Assembly (NCBI RefSeq): GCF_018977255.1
Contig: NW_024704742.1
Span: forward strand, 94,986,001-95,050,000
Length of the DNA stretch: 64,000 nt
DNA from: Callorhinchus milii
Lineage: Eukaryota
Direction: 5' to 3'
Each line of letters starts with the position of its first letter. Position 1 is the first letter of the stretch. The notes beneath the pieces are model-generated. The model did no database searches. It was given only the letters and a program-made list of their open reading frames with translations, and was not told the DNA's origin. The position numbers and the translations under genes were made by a program. Shown piece after piece: positions 38,540 to 53,198 of this stretch.

Positions 38540-38876
38540 TTTGCCCGCTCGCTCCCTCTGCTCAGCGGGCTCTGGCCTGCTTCATATCCCTCACCTCGCC
38601 AGCCCCACCATTGGTGGGTGGGCCTTCTGCCACTCTGCCTCCTCCCTCTGGAACGCCACCTCTCAGACCCTCCACCTCGCTCCCTCCCTTGCCTTCTTCA
38701 AGACCCATCTCAAGACCCTCCTCTTCGACTGTGCCTTCGGTCACCCTCCTTTCACCCCTGCCCTCCACCATCCCTGATCCCGATACCCATCTCGGTTCCG
38801 AAACATTGATTGTCCAGCGCCTTGGGACATCCTCCCAATGTGAAAGGCGCTATACAAATGTAATTTTGTTGTTGTT
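38540..38876 (+). mobile_element. L2 3' end
   Basis: PARSL.SAGSGLLHIP...FKTHLKTLLFD; (TTG) tail. Confidence 0.88.
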
Positions 38877-39289
38877 AATTTATACCAGTTCCTTAAAATA
38901 GTAATATTTGCCACTAATTTCTCAAAGTTATTATTTCATTTCACAAGGAAACAACTTCCGAGGAAACAAATCTTGTACGAGCATAAATATATCCCATATT
39001 GTGGTCCTGAGCCTTGAGATTTTATAAACAAATATGGATTTGTTCCAACCTTTCATGTGTCACTGGTGATGTGGTGCTGATAATGTTGACATAGCAGCTA
39101 TCTGTGATCTGTTTCTAACAGATGAGGTAGTCAATGAGATGAGGTAGTCAATAAGATTATATCTATTTCTGGTTGTTATGTCTTTCAACAGGACCTTGGC
39201 TGAGTAGTCCTGTATCCCATGTATGGGATGATTGTAGCACACTGTAAGAAAAGTTTGAAATTAAATATTTTCAAAGTTCAAAGACTGAA

Positions 39290-41090
39290 GAGCAACAACA
39301 ACAATTTACATTTATATATTGTAGTATCTTTCACTTAGGGAGGATGTCTCAAAACATTTCACACAGCTGACTAGGCCCCGAGCTGAGGGTAGGTCTTTGA
39401 GAAAGGTGGGGGGAGTGGGGAAGAAATTATGTATTAAGGTGGGCTTTAAAAGAGGGGAGGGATGAGGCGAAATGGGGGGATTCTGGGAAGAAATTCCCGA
39501 GAGTGGAGGCAGAATGTCTGAAAGTTCTCCACCAACTGTGGAGTCCTGTAGCTTAGTGGTGAGAGCACTTGCCTCGCAAGCGAGAGGACCCAAATTCAAT
39601 TCCCAGGCAGGGCAAAACATAGTTGACATTTCCTTACTCCACATGCCTCTGCTTACTTAGCAGTAAGTATCTGAACAGAAGAAGCAAAGTTAAGGTTGCA
39701 GGAGATCGCAGAGATAGGGAGGGGAGAGGCTGTGGAGGGATTTGAACATGAAGACAAGGATCTTCAATTCAATCCACGGGGGAGCCAGATGATGGGGCTG
39801 ATAGGATCACAGAACCCAGTACGAGGGAGGACATGAGCTGCAAAGTTCTGGATAGTCTGCAACCCGAGTTTAGGGAGCACTTGTGGAGTCAGGGCATTAG
39901 AATAATTAATCCTGGATGTAATGAAAGCATGGATGGAAGCCAAGCAAAAGAATCTCGGTCTTGTTGACATTCAGCTGAAAAAAGTTAGATCTTATCCAGG
40001 ACATGATGTCTGACAGGCGATCAGTCAGGACAGTAGTGGTCCTGAAGTTGAGGGTAGATGCAAATAGATAGAGTTGGGTGTCAGCCGCATACATGTGGAA
40101 ATGGATCCAACTGAACGTCAGCAAGATTGAGTCCTTCCTGATTGGCTCATGCCAGCGCCTCCGCACCTTGGTCGCTGACAGCATCAGCCTCCACGGCTGC
40201 ACACTCACCTGGGTATTTTGTTTGACCCTGAACTGTCCTTTTTGCCCCACATCCGCGCCATGACTAGCACTGCCTACCACCACCTCCGCAACATTGCCAG
40301 ATTCTGCCTCTGCCTCACCCCTCAGGCTGCCAAAACCGTCACCCATGCATTCGTCACATCAAGGCTCGTTTATGGAAACTCCCTCCTCATCGGCCTTCCC
40401 AACTCTTCCTTTCACAAACTGCACATCATCAAAAACTCTGCAGCTCATGTACTCTCACGCACCAGGCTCCATGACCCCATCACTCCCACCCTCACCCGAT
40501 TCCGCTGGCTCCCCATCCCTCAGAGGATCGAGTTCAAGATCCTCGTCCTCACCTTTAAGGCCATCCATGGCCTTGCCCCCTCCTACCTCTCTGACCTGCT
40601 GACTCTCTACCAACCTGCCCGCTCCCTCCATTCAGCGGGCTCCGACCTGCTCCATATCTCCCACCCAACCCGCCCTACCATCGGTGGCCGGGCTTTCAGC
40701 CTCTCTGCCCCCACAATCTGGAACTCCATCCCACAGTCCCTTCGCCTCACTTCCTCCCTTGCCTCCTTCAAGGCCAGTCTCAAGACCTTCCTCTTCGATC
40801 GTGCCTTCAGTCACTCTCCCACCTCTCTGCCTTCCCTCACCCCCACCCCACCCCTCCCCTAAGCTTGGGTCCTGACCCTTGACAGCCCTGCACCTTGGGA
40901 CATCCTCCCGATGTGAAAGGCGCTCTATAAATGTAATTTTGGTGTTGTGGTTGATGCCTGTGGATGATATCACCAAGTGGGAGCATGCAGATAGTGGAAA
41001 GGAGAGGACCGAGGATAGAGCCCTGTGGAATGCTACATGTGACTACAGGGGTAGGAGGAGAAACCATTGAAAGAGACGCAGTAGAGTGAA
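39290..41090. mobile_element. Nested cluster: minus-strand L2 interrupted by a SINE head (39538-39670, +) and a plus-strand L2 (40105-40950)
   Basis: The minus L2 reading PLGDII...N|FHMYAAD is split by the plus copy, which carries the 214-aa ORF2 C-terminus. Confidence 0.85.
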
Positions 41091-41939
41091 GAAACTTCTG
41101 ATCAGCTAAAACAGTATTTGGGTGCAGTTAACTTTCCACCATTCACTAAGGTTTCAGCTTTAGCTGTCAAATATCATAGATGAAACTCAATTATCTGCCT
41201 CAGGGTGAATTGTTTTGTTGATTGTTGAATTTCCATTACTAACATGAAAGGGCCCAATCTAGCGATGTGTTCTCCTTTACCGTTATTAATGGCTTCTCAA
41301 CTGGTTCATTTTCATTTGGAGACAATGCCTTTACAAATCCAATGTTAACTAACTGGTTTGATCAATTCATTGAACTAAATTTGTGAAAGATAATCTGCTT
41401 CCAGGAACAGCTCCAACCCCACCCTCCATCCACTTGAGAAGGACAGATGGAGTCATGTGTTACAATAAGGTAGAGTTGCTGAACACAGTATCAATTAAAA
41501 CATTATTTCCAGTACTAGGTAAGCTGCCAAAAAGCCCATCAAAGTGCACCATGCAATGAGCCAAAGAAAGATTACAAAAAAGTTAACCATTTCTTTCAAT
41601 AAGCTTGATTCTTGTGTGTCAGCTTGGCACATTTGGAGGCACTCTCATCTCTGAGTCAGAACGTTCTGGATTCAAGCCACCACTGAATCATTGGTCAAGT
41701 TTTAAATGAATTTTAAATTTAATAATTTTAATAGTTAGCAGATCTCTAAAATAATGAATACGAAAAAGGTCTTTGATCAGATTCCAATACTTCCATAAAT
41801 AATTAAAATGCATTCAGTATAAAACAACAACATGCATTTATATAGCGCTCTTCATGCGAGCGCCCCAGGACGTCTTTCTGACAAGTGTAATTTGTTGTTG
41901 TTGTTGTTTAACAAGGATGTGGTTTGACATTGAGCTGGA

Positions 41940-42255
41940 AATCCTGCAGGGCAAGTTTCATTACTCCTCACGCTTCTGTTTAACTAGCAGTAAGTAGGAA
42001 CCCAGTTTGTAGTCATTTGGTGGATCGCTTTTCTGGAGGCAATAATCCCATCAATAAATATATATATAATAATAATAAATTGGTCACTCAATCCACAATT
42101 GTTTGTGGGACACTGCAATTGGCTGCCACATTTTGCCCACAAAATATACAGTCAATTCACTTTACAGTATATTCTTTGAAGCGCTTTGAGAAGTCTTTAA
42201 GATATGATAAGGCACTATATCAAATGCAAGAATTATTATTATTATTATTATTATA
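41940..42255 (+). mobile_element. tRNA-derived SINE, long form, 5'-truncated
   Basis: gggcaagtttc...agcagtaagtaggaacccag...(TTA)n. Confidence 0.85.
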
Positions 42256-43179
42256 AGAGAGGGGAGATGACTGAAGACACTTTTCAAGAGGAAAGTTTTC
42301 AGCTGTGATTTGAAGATGGTCAGTGAGGGGATAGACTGAGGGTTTGATTCAGGAAATTCCTGAGATTTGGGATATAGTGGCTGAAAGCACGGCCGCCAGT
42401 GGTGAAGCAGAGGGGACGAGGATTATGCAGAAGACCCGAGCCAGCTGAGTGAAGGCGGCAGGTAATGGAGTGATGAGCAGATCGGAAAGTGGGAGGTGCT
42501 GGAATGTGAAATTACTTGAAAGTGAGAATAATGGTCTTGAAATTGATCCATTCTGAAATAAGTAGCCAGTGAAACCTGGCAAGAACTGAGGTGATGGGGG
42601 TACAGAAGTATAATTTTCCCTGTGAAAGCAGAGCCAGGACCAGCTCCAAACTGCTTTGCTATTGTTGTGTAATGTCTTTTTAATATTGGTCAGGAAACAT
42701 TTAGTCTTTACTGCAACGGAGCTCATGAGTAAATAATACTTCAAACGTGGAAAATCTCTTTTTCCAGGTAATGTGCGATTTGTGTTGTGCCTCAGTATTT
42801 TTTGTGACTTCAGGCCATTTGCTTTCTCATTAACTCTCTTTATCACTTAACCATTTCATGAATATCAATAGAATAATTTGAAACACTCATTTACCACATT
42901 CCTAATTTGAATATACCATGTTCATGTCATTCAGACCCAGTTATGTCTGATACATTGTTCTATTTGAGTTACAATAAGGTAACAATCTAATATTTATCAG
43001 CACCTTATTTTATACCATCAATCATCTTGTATAATTTTATTATTTGCTTCTTAGCTAGGAAATCCACTTAGGGTTAACTTGCAAAATCATTTGATCTTAC
43101 AATTTAAGGTCCCGTAGAATTGTGGAACATTCCTAAACTTGGTCTCAATTTGGAAGCTTGTTCTTTTTGAGATTTGCAG

Positions 43180-43513
43180 TAATAATAATAATAATAATAA
43201 TCCTTGCATTTGATACAGCGCTTTTCACGTCGGAAGGACGTCCCAAAGCGCTTCACAGAACACACTGTAAAGTGAATTGACTGTAAATTTGTGGGCGAAC
43301 GCGGCAGCCAATTGCGCACAGCAATGTCCCACAAACAGTCGTAGATTGAAAATGCCAATTTTTTTATTATTGTTTTTGGTTTTTGGAGGGATTATTATTA
43401 GGCGTGTGGAGTAAGGAAACTTGCCCAAGCTTTCGCCCTGACCTGCCTGGAATTGAACTCAGGTCTCTCACTTGCAAAGCAAGTGCTCTAACCACTGAGC
43501 TACAGGACTCCAC
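43180..43513 (-). mobile_element. tRNA-derived SINE, short form, full length
   Basis: Near-identical to 34180-34525. Confidence 0.92.
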
Positions 43514-43971
43514 AGTCCTGCCCACAGTCCACAGTCCAAAAGTCCAGTAAACTGGCTTTTCAATTAAGATTGAATTTAATAACTTTCAGGACCTTGCACG
43601 ACCATGAACTTTTTTAAAGACAAAAATGGTCTTACAGGCCATACAGGAGGAATTCAACTGTCACCTGTTGTTATATGAATTCCATTTTATTTTTGAACTA
43701 ACTTGCAGTGGAGTTAGCCTGACTGTAAGATCCATGACAATAGTCTGACTTCCACTCCCTGTGCTGTTCATCTCCAAACACACTGCTGCTGGTTATCTTC
43801 CTCATAGCCTGCGAAAAACCGAAATGTTCCAACACGTTTGAGGGATATAATTTCCTGTTCAGATGTTATGATAGTTAAAGCAATATCAGGAAAATCATTT
43901 TTTACAAGAGGAGAACATTAATTTTGTTTTATTGAGGAAGCCGCAGGACGGAGATTTGAGACACAATATTA

Positions 43972-44755
43972 GCAACAACAAAATTACATTTGTATAGCGC
44001 CTTTCACGTCGGGAGGATGTCCCAAGGCACTGGACAATCAGTGTTTTGGACCCGAGCTGGGGGTCAGGATCGAGGAGGATGCAGGCTGGTGGGGGAGCAG
44101 TATGATCGAAGACACGGTCGAAGAAGAGGGTTTTGAAATGGGTCTTGTAGGAGGCAAGGGAGGGGGCGAGGCAGAGTGACTGCGTGATGGAGCTCCAGAG
44201 TAGCTGAAGGCCCGCCCACCAATGGTGGGGTGGGCGAGGCGGGGAACGTGAAGCAGGCCAGAGCCTGCTGAGCGGAGGGAGGGGCAGATTGGTAGGGGGT
44301 TAGGAGGTCAGCAAGACCATGGAGGGCTTTGAAGGTGAGGACCAGGATCCTAAACTGTATCCTCTGTGTGATGGGAAGCCAGTGGAGTCGGAGAGGATGG
44401 GGGTGATAGGGTCACAGAGCTTGGTACGGGAGAGGACACGGGCTGCAGAGTTTTGGATGATCTGCAGCCTATGGAGGGAGGAGTTGGGGAGGCCGACAAG
44501 CAGGAAGTTTCCATAGTCAAACCTGGATGTAATGAATGGGTGTATGAGGGTTTCGGCGGCCTGCAGTTTGAGACAGTGGCAGAGCCGAGTGATGTTGCGC
44601 AGGTGGGAGAAGGCAGAGCGGATCTTGGCACGGATGTGGGGTAGAAAGGAGAGTTGAGGGTCAAACAAAATGCCAAGATTCTGGACTGGCTTAGTAAGGT
44701 GGACTGTGCATCCTTGGATGTTGATGCTACGAGTACCTGAGCTGTGGAGGCTCAG
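43972..44755 (-). mobile_element. L2 LINE 3' portion
   Basis: VQNLGILFDPQLSF...LQIIQNSAAR; tail. Confidence 0.9.
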
Positions 44756-45099
44756 AAGAATTATTCTCAACACAGATTGCCATCAAATGAGTGACAAATG
44801 CTATTGTTGGCCAGGATACTGGGAAAATATCCTTCAATTTTTGAATAGTTATGTGGCATTTTTAATGTCCACTTGAACAGGCACACAGGAAACCTCAGTT
44901 TAACATGTCATATGAAGGATGGATTGGATGAATGTTTTGTGTAAATTTGATCCATTTTCTGAATAATTGAGTTTGAATCATGTGTCATCTGCCTCAATTA
45001 TTTCAGAGAGGCTCAAAGTGTGTAAATGCTCTTGAATACTCTTGAATAATAGGTTTCTGGGTATCTTACTTGGAGGATGTCAGCTAAGTCCTACTTACT

Positions 45100-46138
45100 A
45101 ACCCTCCTCTTCAATATCTATATGCTCCCTCTTGGTGACATCATCCACAGACATGGGGTCAACTTCCACATGTATGTGGATGACACCCAACTCTATCTCT
45201 CTGCCTCCACCATTGACTCTAGGACCACTGCTGTGCTGACAGAATGTCTGTCACACATAAAGTCCTGGACGAGACCTAACTTTCTTCAGTTGAACATCAA
45301 CAAGACCGAGGCTCTCCTGATTGGTTCCTGTCAGTGCCTACACAACTCAGGCACTAACATCATCATCATCCAAGGATACACGCTCAACCTTACTAAGCCA
45401 GTCCAGAACCTTGGCGATATGTTTGACGCTCAGCTATCCTTTCTACCCCACATCCATGCCATGAACCGTTTTACCTTCCCCCACCTCTGCAACATCGCCC
45501 AACTCTGCCACTGTCTCACACTGCAGGCTTCCAAAACCCTCATACATGCATTCATAACATCCAGGCTTGACTATGCAAATTCCCTGCTTGTCGGCCTCCC
45601 CAACTCCTCCCTCCACAGGCTGCAGATCATCCAGAACTCTGAAGCCCGTGTCCTCTCCTGCACTAGGCCCCGTGACCCTATCACCCCTATCCTCGCCCGA
45701 CTCCACTGGCTTCCCATCACACAGAGGATATAGTTTAAGATCCTGGTCCTCACTTTCAAAGCCCTCCATGGCCTCGCTCCCCCCTACCTCTGCGACCTCC
45801 TAACCCCCTACCAATATGTCCACTCCCTCCACTCAGTAGGCTCCAGCCTGCTTCACCTGCCTTACCTGCCCCACCATTGGTGGGTGGACCTTCAGCCACT
45901 CTGGCCCGGCCCTCTGGAACTCCAACCCGCAGTTCCTCCACCTTGCCCCCTCCCTTACCTCCTTCAAAATCCATCTCAAGACCTCCTCTTCGACCGTGCC
46001 TCTGATCGCCCTCCTTCCCCCCCTGTCCTCCACCCTCCCGATCCTGACCCCCAACTCAGGTCCCAAACTCTGATTTTCCAGCGCCTTGGGACATCCTCCT
46101 GACGTGAAATGCTCTATACAATCGTAATTTTCTTGTTG
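45100..46138 (+). mobile_element. L2 LINE, RT C-terminal part plus 3' end
   Basis: [13 protein letters not shown]...[10 protein letters not shown]...LHWLP. Confidence 0.9.
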
Positions 46139-46700
46139 TCTGTCAAGTTCTTGGATAAATCACTTTTGTGAGCTAGAAGAAAGATCATATGTCCTGTCTA
46201 GTTCTGCAGAAAAGAGTACCCTCTGCCTGTTAGAGGGGAAGCTCAATGCCGCAGTGATATTTATAATATAATAATCCTTGAATTTGATATAGCGCCTTAT
46301 CACGTCATTGAGATGTCTCAAAGTGCTTCACAGGTTGACTGTATATTTGTGGGTTAATTATTTAGTATTCATTTAAATTAATTTCTCATGGACATGGAAA
46401 TATGAGCTGAATGTACATTTCAATGGTTCTGTAGTTGTACGTTTAAAATTAGTTTACAGCCATTGCACTTTGTTTATTCTATTACGAATGTTCTAATAAC
46501 TGTATTACCGCAAACCACCTGTTGGTTGCAATATTGTGCTACACAAGGTCACTGAGCTGCTATTAACCTGAGAGCACAGGTAGCAATAGAAATCCACTAA
46601 CTTTCGGATTATTTTTGCAAACATAAAATAACAGAAACATTCGGCCAGATGGAATGAATTGTAGGCTTTTCTCTACACTAACCTTCATGCTGGAGAAAGG

Positions 46701-46731
<31 letters not shown>

Positions 46732-48187
46732 TCTTGCCTTGTATTAATTCTTGCATTTGACATAGCATTTTATCATGTTGTTAAAACTTCTCAAAACGCC
46801 TCAAGGATTTACTATAAAGTGCACAGTGACTGTATTTGTAGGTTAATTTGTATTTGTAGGATCAATCATAGTTATGAGCTTTCAGCATCGGGGACAGATT
46901 AAGAACAAGAAGATGTGTGATTCATTTAAATGTACAAGAACCTGTGATTAATTGACAGAGTAAGTAAGTCTGGTCATACAATTACCTCATATTGTTTAAA
47001 GCTATGTGGTAGTTACCCACTCCCAGTGGGTCAGTAGACGACTATACTCGGGGCTTCTCATATGTGAGGTTGCCTGGTACAAATATTTATTTAATTTCCT
47101 CTTCACTCTTTTGGTATTCTGGTACCAAGTCATCCATCATAGCAGCTATCCATTTGGGGCTACACGGCAGTTTCCTTATTGAAGTAATTTCATTAAACGT
47201 TTTCTTTCAGTATAGAATATGTTAAAATGGGATGAACAAACATGTGCTTCAATGACAGCAAAAACAGTTTGAATTTATATAGTGCCCTTCTGGTGGAGGT
47301 ATCTGGGAGCACTTTAGAGAGACGTGCCAGACACTGAGTTTGGAGGGTGGAGGAATTTGAGAGGTGAGAGTGCAATGTGCACAGTGTTCCCTTCAAACAT
47401 GCTTCCAGGTAAAGTTTTGTGTATTTTGTCCACCGGCCAGTATTATTGTTGAGGATATGGTGTTGATATTTTTGTAGTAATCCATTACATTTTTATCTAA
47501 ATACTAACCCTGGTAATGATTATTTAAAATGTGAACTAACCTTGCTTAGAAATAGTGCCTTTTAATAGTTTATTCATAAAAACAAGCCTCTGCCAAGTGC
47601 TTTCAACCACACTTGTTGTATGAGTAAAACAAACAATCAAACAAGGAAAAATGATCTGGTCCATTAAATCTGTTCCTTCCACAAACAATGCATGAAGAGC
47701 TCTCGTATGAACTCTCCCTAACCAGTTTAATTTTATTAGGAAAGCCTGAGGAAATATTTTCCATAAAGGTAACTCAAGCAAAGAATCTACATAACTTTAC
47801 ATCCTACAATGAATCACCTGCAAAATGCACAGTCATGACACTTTGCATTTAATCCTGTGAAGCATTTTGAGATGTTTTGATGATATGACGTGGCACTATA
47901 TCAAATACAAAGATTATTAGTATTACATACATCCAGTACAAATTGACAAAAATTATATTTTTATATTCCCATCCGCTCAGGGTCGGAATATAAACTGTTA
48001 TGCTCTGCATTGCATTCACTTCTGTATACTAATCCTTATAATCCTCAAACCCTTTCCTGGTTCAATGTAAATGTAAATATAAACCTTTGGTGAATGAGTA
48101 TGTGTGATTCTCCACTGATTGGCAACTCAACAAAGTGATCTTAGAATGGAAATAATATGTACAGAGAGAGAGAGAGCACGACCAGAT

Positions 48188-48975
48188 GTCAGCCTGATTC
48201 AGTTGGTAACACTTTCTCCTCCAAGCTAAAAGGTTGTGGATTGAAATCCCAGATCAGGACTTTGAATTTACAGTCTAGGTTGACACTCCAATACACACTG
48301 TGGGTTGTCAGAGGTGCTGTTCTTACGGATAAAACCCTAAATTGAGGTCCCATCTGCCTGTTCAAATGGATATTAAAGATCCAATGATACCACTTGAAGA
48401 GAGAAGGGAAGTTACTCCAGGTGTCTTGGACAATAATCCCCCAAATAAAACATAAGAAATTGATCATTCACTTTAGGGCTGCTTGTGGGATATTGTTTTA
48501 TAATAATAATAATAATAATCATCATCATCCTTTTATTTGTTACAGCATCTTTGAGACGTCTCAAAGCGCTTCACAGAATATACTGTGTATTTTGTGGACG
48601 AAACGTGGCAGCCAATTGCACACAGCAGTGTCCCACAAATAGTCGTGGATTGAAGTGACCAATTTATTTATTTTTTTAAGGAATTATTACCCCCGGAAAA
48701 GTGATCTGCCAATCGACTAACAATCGGGTTCCTACTTACTGCTAGGTAAAAAGAGGCGTGTGGAGTAAGGAAACTTGGCCAACATTTTGCCCTGCCGGGA
48801 ATCGAACCCAGGTGTCACGCTTGTGAGGCGAGTGCTCTAACCACAGGACATTTGCACCAATTGACTGCTGTGTTCATTTACAAAATACACAGTCACTACA
48901 CTTTACAGTAAATCCTGTGAAGTGCTTTGAGACATCCTCCCAATGTAAATAGTGCCATGTCAAACGCAAGAATTG
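48188..48975. mobile_element. Old Deu-domain SINE (+) interrupted by a younger long-form SINE (48500-48848, -)
   Basis: The Deu SINE body breaks at gtgggatattg and resumes at tgcaccaattgactgctg. Confidence 0.8.
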
Positions 48976-49169
48976 ATTAATTAATTATTTAATGCCCGTA
49001 ATATGGGACTTTCAGCGTAAATATTTACTATGAAATCTTCAATTCAATATTTTTCAATAACAATTGCAGTGAACATTATTTTTGTGCAACTAATATAGTA
49101 CATAATGATTCACCGGAGGGTTAATTAGAAAAGAACTGATAAATATGCTCAGTTACTGAGGCCTGCAGC

Positions 49170-49416
49170 GTATTGGTTGTTAGTCAATTGGCAGATCGCT
49201 TTTCCGTAGGCAATAATTCCTCCAATTTTTTTTAAAAAATAACAATTTGGTCACTCTATCCACAACTGTTTGTGGGACACTGCTGTGCGCAATTTGCTGC
49301 CACGTTTCTCCCACAAAATATACAGTCAATTCACTTTACAGTATATTCTGTGAAGCATTTTGAGATGTCTCAACGATGTGATAAGACTATATATCAAGTA
49401 CATGATTATTATTATT
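49170..49416 (+). mobile_element. SINE long form, 3' part
   Basis: gttagtcaattggcagatcgcttttcc...tail. Confidence 0.85.
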
Positions 49417-50274
49417 ACTCATACAAGGAGAAATCAAACTCTTTCCTTTATCAATCCTTTATCAATCCAGAAGCTAAGACAATACTCTATTCATTTGCGT
49501 AATGAACCTTTTTATTGTAAACTGAGATTCTGATTTTCCTCCTGTTAGGTGCAGTATGCAGTCCTTGCATTAACATTTTACTTCTGCTTCCCCATACATC
49601 ACAGCAGAGTGTTATCAATATTTCACATATGAACCTTTGATAAATAATTAAGGTTATTGCAATTATTTTCCCAAATAGAAATAGTCAATAAATGAACAGT
49701 AGCTATCACTGAGGTATGCAGTTTAAAGGTACTTTGGCCTGACATACCCTTGCAGCATTAAAAATTTAAGTACATTTAAAACCTACACAAAATCCTTTTG
49801 TGCAGAGGTCATTGTTATTAAAATATTTATATAAACTGGTCCAACTTGTATCACTTCTTCGAAAATGTGATCATTTAAAAAAATATTTATTTTTGCTTTT
49901 GTTCTCACTCACCAGTTCAATTCTGATGAAGTGTCTCACCCACAACATTAGCCTGTCCTTCTCTTTCAAATGCTGATCTGCTGTGCACTTCCGACTTTTC
50001 TGTTTTACTGCAAATTTATAGATTTCCTTTTTATCACTGCTAATTGGGGTCACTTTGCAATTCTGAGATGAAGGCTCAGAAACAATCGCTCGTGAAGACT
50101 TATAAGGAAGAAACTATTCTGAGGAGCATTGGAAACTATTTGGGTGTCAGCCTGCTCAGTTGATAGCATTCTTGTCTTGGAGTCAAAAGGTTGCAAGTTC
50201 AAATCCCACTACTAATTAACGAAAAGATGTTTGGATCTCTAGGTCCCATTGAAAAACTTGTGTTAATATGTGTG

Positions 50275-50595
50275 TTGACTTGGCTCAGTTGGTAACAATC
50301 TTGCCCTCTGAGTCAGAAGGTTGTGGCTTCATGTCCCACATTACCACATTAAATTCATGTCATCTAAGCTGACACTGCTATGCAGTACTGGGGCTGTTGT
50401 GTGTTGTTGGAGGTTCCATCCTTAAGATGAGATACTAAACCAAGGTCATTCACTCCATGACTTTTGGGGGACATTGCTGTGGGTAAATTGTCTGCTCTGT
50501 TTCTGAATAAACATTTTACAGTACACAGTATCCCATGAAGCGCTTTGAGACGTCCTCCCGACGTGAAAGGTGCCATATCACATATGAGGTTTATT
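50275..50595 (+). mobile_element. Old Deu-domain SINE
   Basis: tggctcagttggtaac...ctctgagtcagaaggttgtgg head; gatgagatactaaaccaaggtc core; L2-like tail. Confidence 0.7.
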
Positions 50596-51586
50596 TATGA
50601 ATAGCTCTACTGCAATCAGAAATAGGGAAGGTGAAAGTGGGCATCCTAATGTCCTCCTTCGCCTGAGCCAAATAGAAGACAACTGAGGCCCAACATTTAT
50701 TATGATTTCAGTCTTAAATTTGTCCAAATATTTATTATCTGGCAGCATTTTGGAAAACAGTCAACAAAATTCAGTCTTAATAATTATAATAACAATAAAA
50801 TTTAAAAAAAGCTCAGTTTTTATTTTTATTATTTTGTGAATAAAAATGGACTTTAAAGGTTCTTACCAATGGGTCACTATTATAACACAGTGCAACTTTT
50901 ACTCACATTTCCAGTTATGATTTTACTGAGTTAAAATTTCTCTCTTTGTCTATGCTTTTGGACAAACCACATGTTGAACGTCTGTCCAAGTAGGAATTGT
51001 ATCAGGGAAATAAAACTGACATGCTTTACAACACACACAGGAGACCAAACAAATAAAAAAAAAGAGAATATTTCCTAATTGTTTAAAAAAATCCATTTGC
51101 TAGGTTAAAAATAATAATTATCCATGCATTTGATATTGAGAATGCTTCACAGGATTTATTGTAAAACATGTTCACCTACAAAATACAATACTGTGCATTG
51201 TACTTTGGAGGCCAACATGGAAGCTAATTTGTACACAACAATGTTCCCACAATTTTACAATTGCAACAAAAAGCAATTCTTTGGGTGATCAAGCTACATT
51301 AATCCAATGCACAATCGCATAGTTACATCAATGGTGGCACATTTATCACTTTGTTGTAACTTTTCCAAAGTTTCCAGGTGGAGTGATCTCAGGTCATATC
51401 ATAGATCATGTATTAAAGAAATCAGTTAAAGGCTGATGTTTTGAATTCTCTTAAAATCATTTAAATGCATTGCTTGTTTTCTGTGGTGTAAAAGAATATA
51501 TCGTATTGCATACATACAGCATGCCCTCGCTCTCTCAGTAAATGCACCAGCAGTTCTTTTGAAGACTTTAGAAAAAGTTCTGAGGA

Positions 51587-51661
51587 ATGCAGATGAACCG
51601 TTTTCACGAATCTGGGGATTGTATGAAAACTACAGGTGGAGTTCAAAACCCAGCATTCCAG
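51587..51661 (+). CDS. SLC28A3: SLC28A3/CNT3 concentrative nucleoside transporter, first coding exon
   Basis: MQMNRFHESGDCMKTTGGVQNPAFQ; the end resembles the human exon 1 end GYSNVGFQ. In-frame TGA just upstream at 51581. Strong CAG|GTAAGG donor, phase 0. The start could instead be the ATG at 51593. Confidence 0.7.
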
Positions 51662-53198
51662 GTAAGGCTTTAAATTCTCATTCACCGCAGTTTATAGCAA
51701 GTTGGAGCCACTTAAAGGTTTTAAAACGACAAGTTAAAAAGGGGAGGATACACCTGCAAAAACTCCAAAGCCTTGCCTTTCTGCTCTTAATGAATCTGAA
51801 ATAGCCATCTTAATGGCTTCTAGTGTTTTTCTCCAAAAGAGAGGAAATGTGCTGCATTGAATATGCATGTTTTGTTCCATTGCCAGAAAAGTGTTTGCGA
51901 AAGTTCGGTGGTGTTTATATCTTCCAATTAACCCTTATTTTTGAAGGAAAAGCTATTTGAAAAGGTGTATTCAGTGGTAGACATTTTAGACAAAATGGGA
52001 GAATCAATGAAAAATAAGTTTTTACAATTTAAAACTAAAATACCCATCACATGTCACTCCAGTTGTTTATCGATACAGTTAAAAAGGTTGGTTGTGGACC
52101 GGTCCCCAACCCAATTTTTCTTAAACTGTTCTTAAATAAGTGATAGGAATGAATGTAGGCTTTTTACCCAAGACTGTCCTATACATTTCAAAAATAAGGC
52201 ACACAAAATTCCAGGACACAAACGTCGAAAAATCTCAAGTAGGTTTAGGGATTTTTTTTTCTGCCCTGTTCCTTATTAGCACCCAGTGCCTCATCCTATG
52301 CTTCTAAAATCATTCATACCGGTGGACCTCAGTGGTAATATCCAAGCCTAAATACTATTATGCTACTGAAGTGAATGCATTTGAGCTGGTGCTTGCTTCA
52401 GGCAGGGCTGGGAATGACCGATGCTTGGTTGTGCATTCCTCCTGTGGTGCAGCAGATAATCTTCCTGTTCTGTGAAAGGAGATTTTGTAATAATGTCATA
52501 TTGTTATTAATAATTATTATTATCCTCATTACAAATACATACATATCCATTTGAAACAGCCTTGCATGGTTATGCTGCACTGATAAAGCCACAGCACGGT
52601 TATCACGCTATGATACGTTCGTTGACCGCAGTTCAACAGTTCCTCTGAAATGAAAGTAATACATTACTGCGAACTCCCCCGTGATGGCATGTTCATCCTA
52701 ATCTGCTTAACCTGCCATGCTCAAATGTTCTTACTTTGTGCAATAAATATGGACCACTGATTCAGTTACTTTGCTGTGATTTGCTGAGCCGTTCTGGTTT
52801 GATTGTAATAGAAATATAACAGTGCATTGGAAGCACTTTAAGAGAAACCATCAAGTAACCTTGATTTAAAATCTGTTTTGGCTTTGTTGAGCATTCTCTG
52901 CAGGGGACTCCATATGCTGAGTTTATCTATTGTGCTTTGATTTAATACAGGATGAACAATAACCTGTGATACCATTACAATGTCTAATAACCTTGATAGC
53001 ATATGCTTTAACTGCCTATCAGCAGCTTCTATGCAACTATATAGAACTGACTATGTGCTTGTGAGAAATTGCTTAAAACAGCGTGGACCAACGGGCCTCA
53101 ACTGGCTCAACAGATGATTTTGTCTGTCCCGCAAACCATTTCCGACTTCATTTCACTGCTTCACCTCTGGGCTGTGCCTCTCCATGAGGACTCTCCAT

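Noticed and set aside
49920..49960. Penelope-type minimal hammerhead ribozyme (CTGATGA)
   Set aside because: The GAAA core is missing and stem I does not pair; at most a decayed relic.
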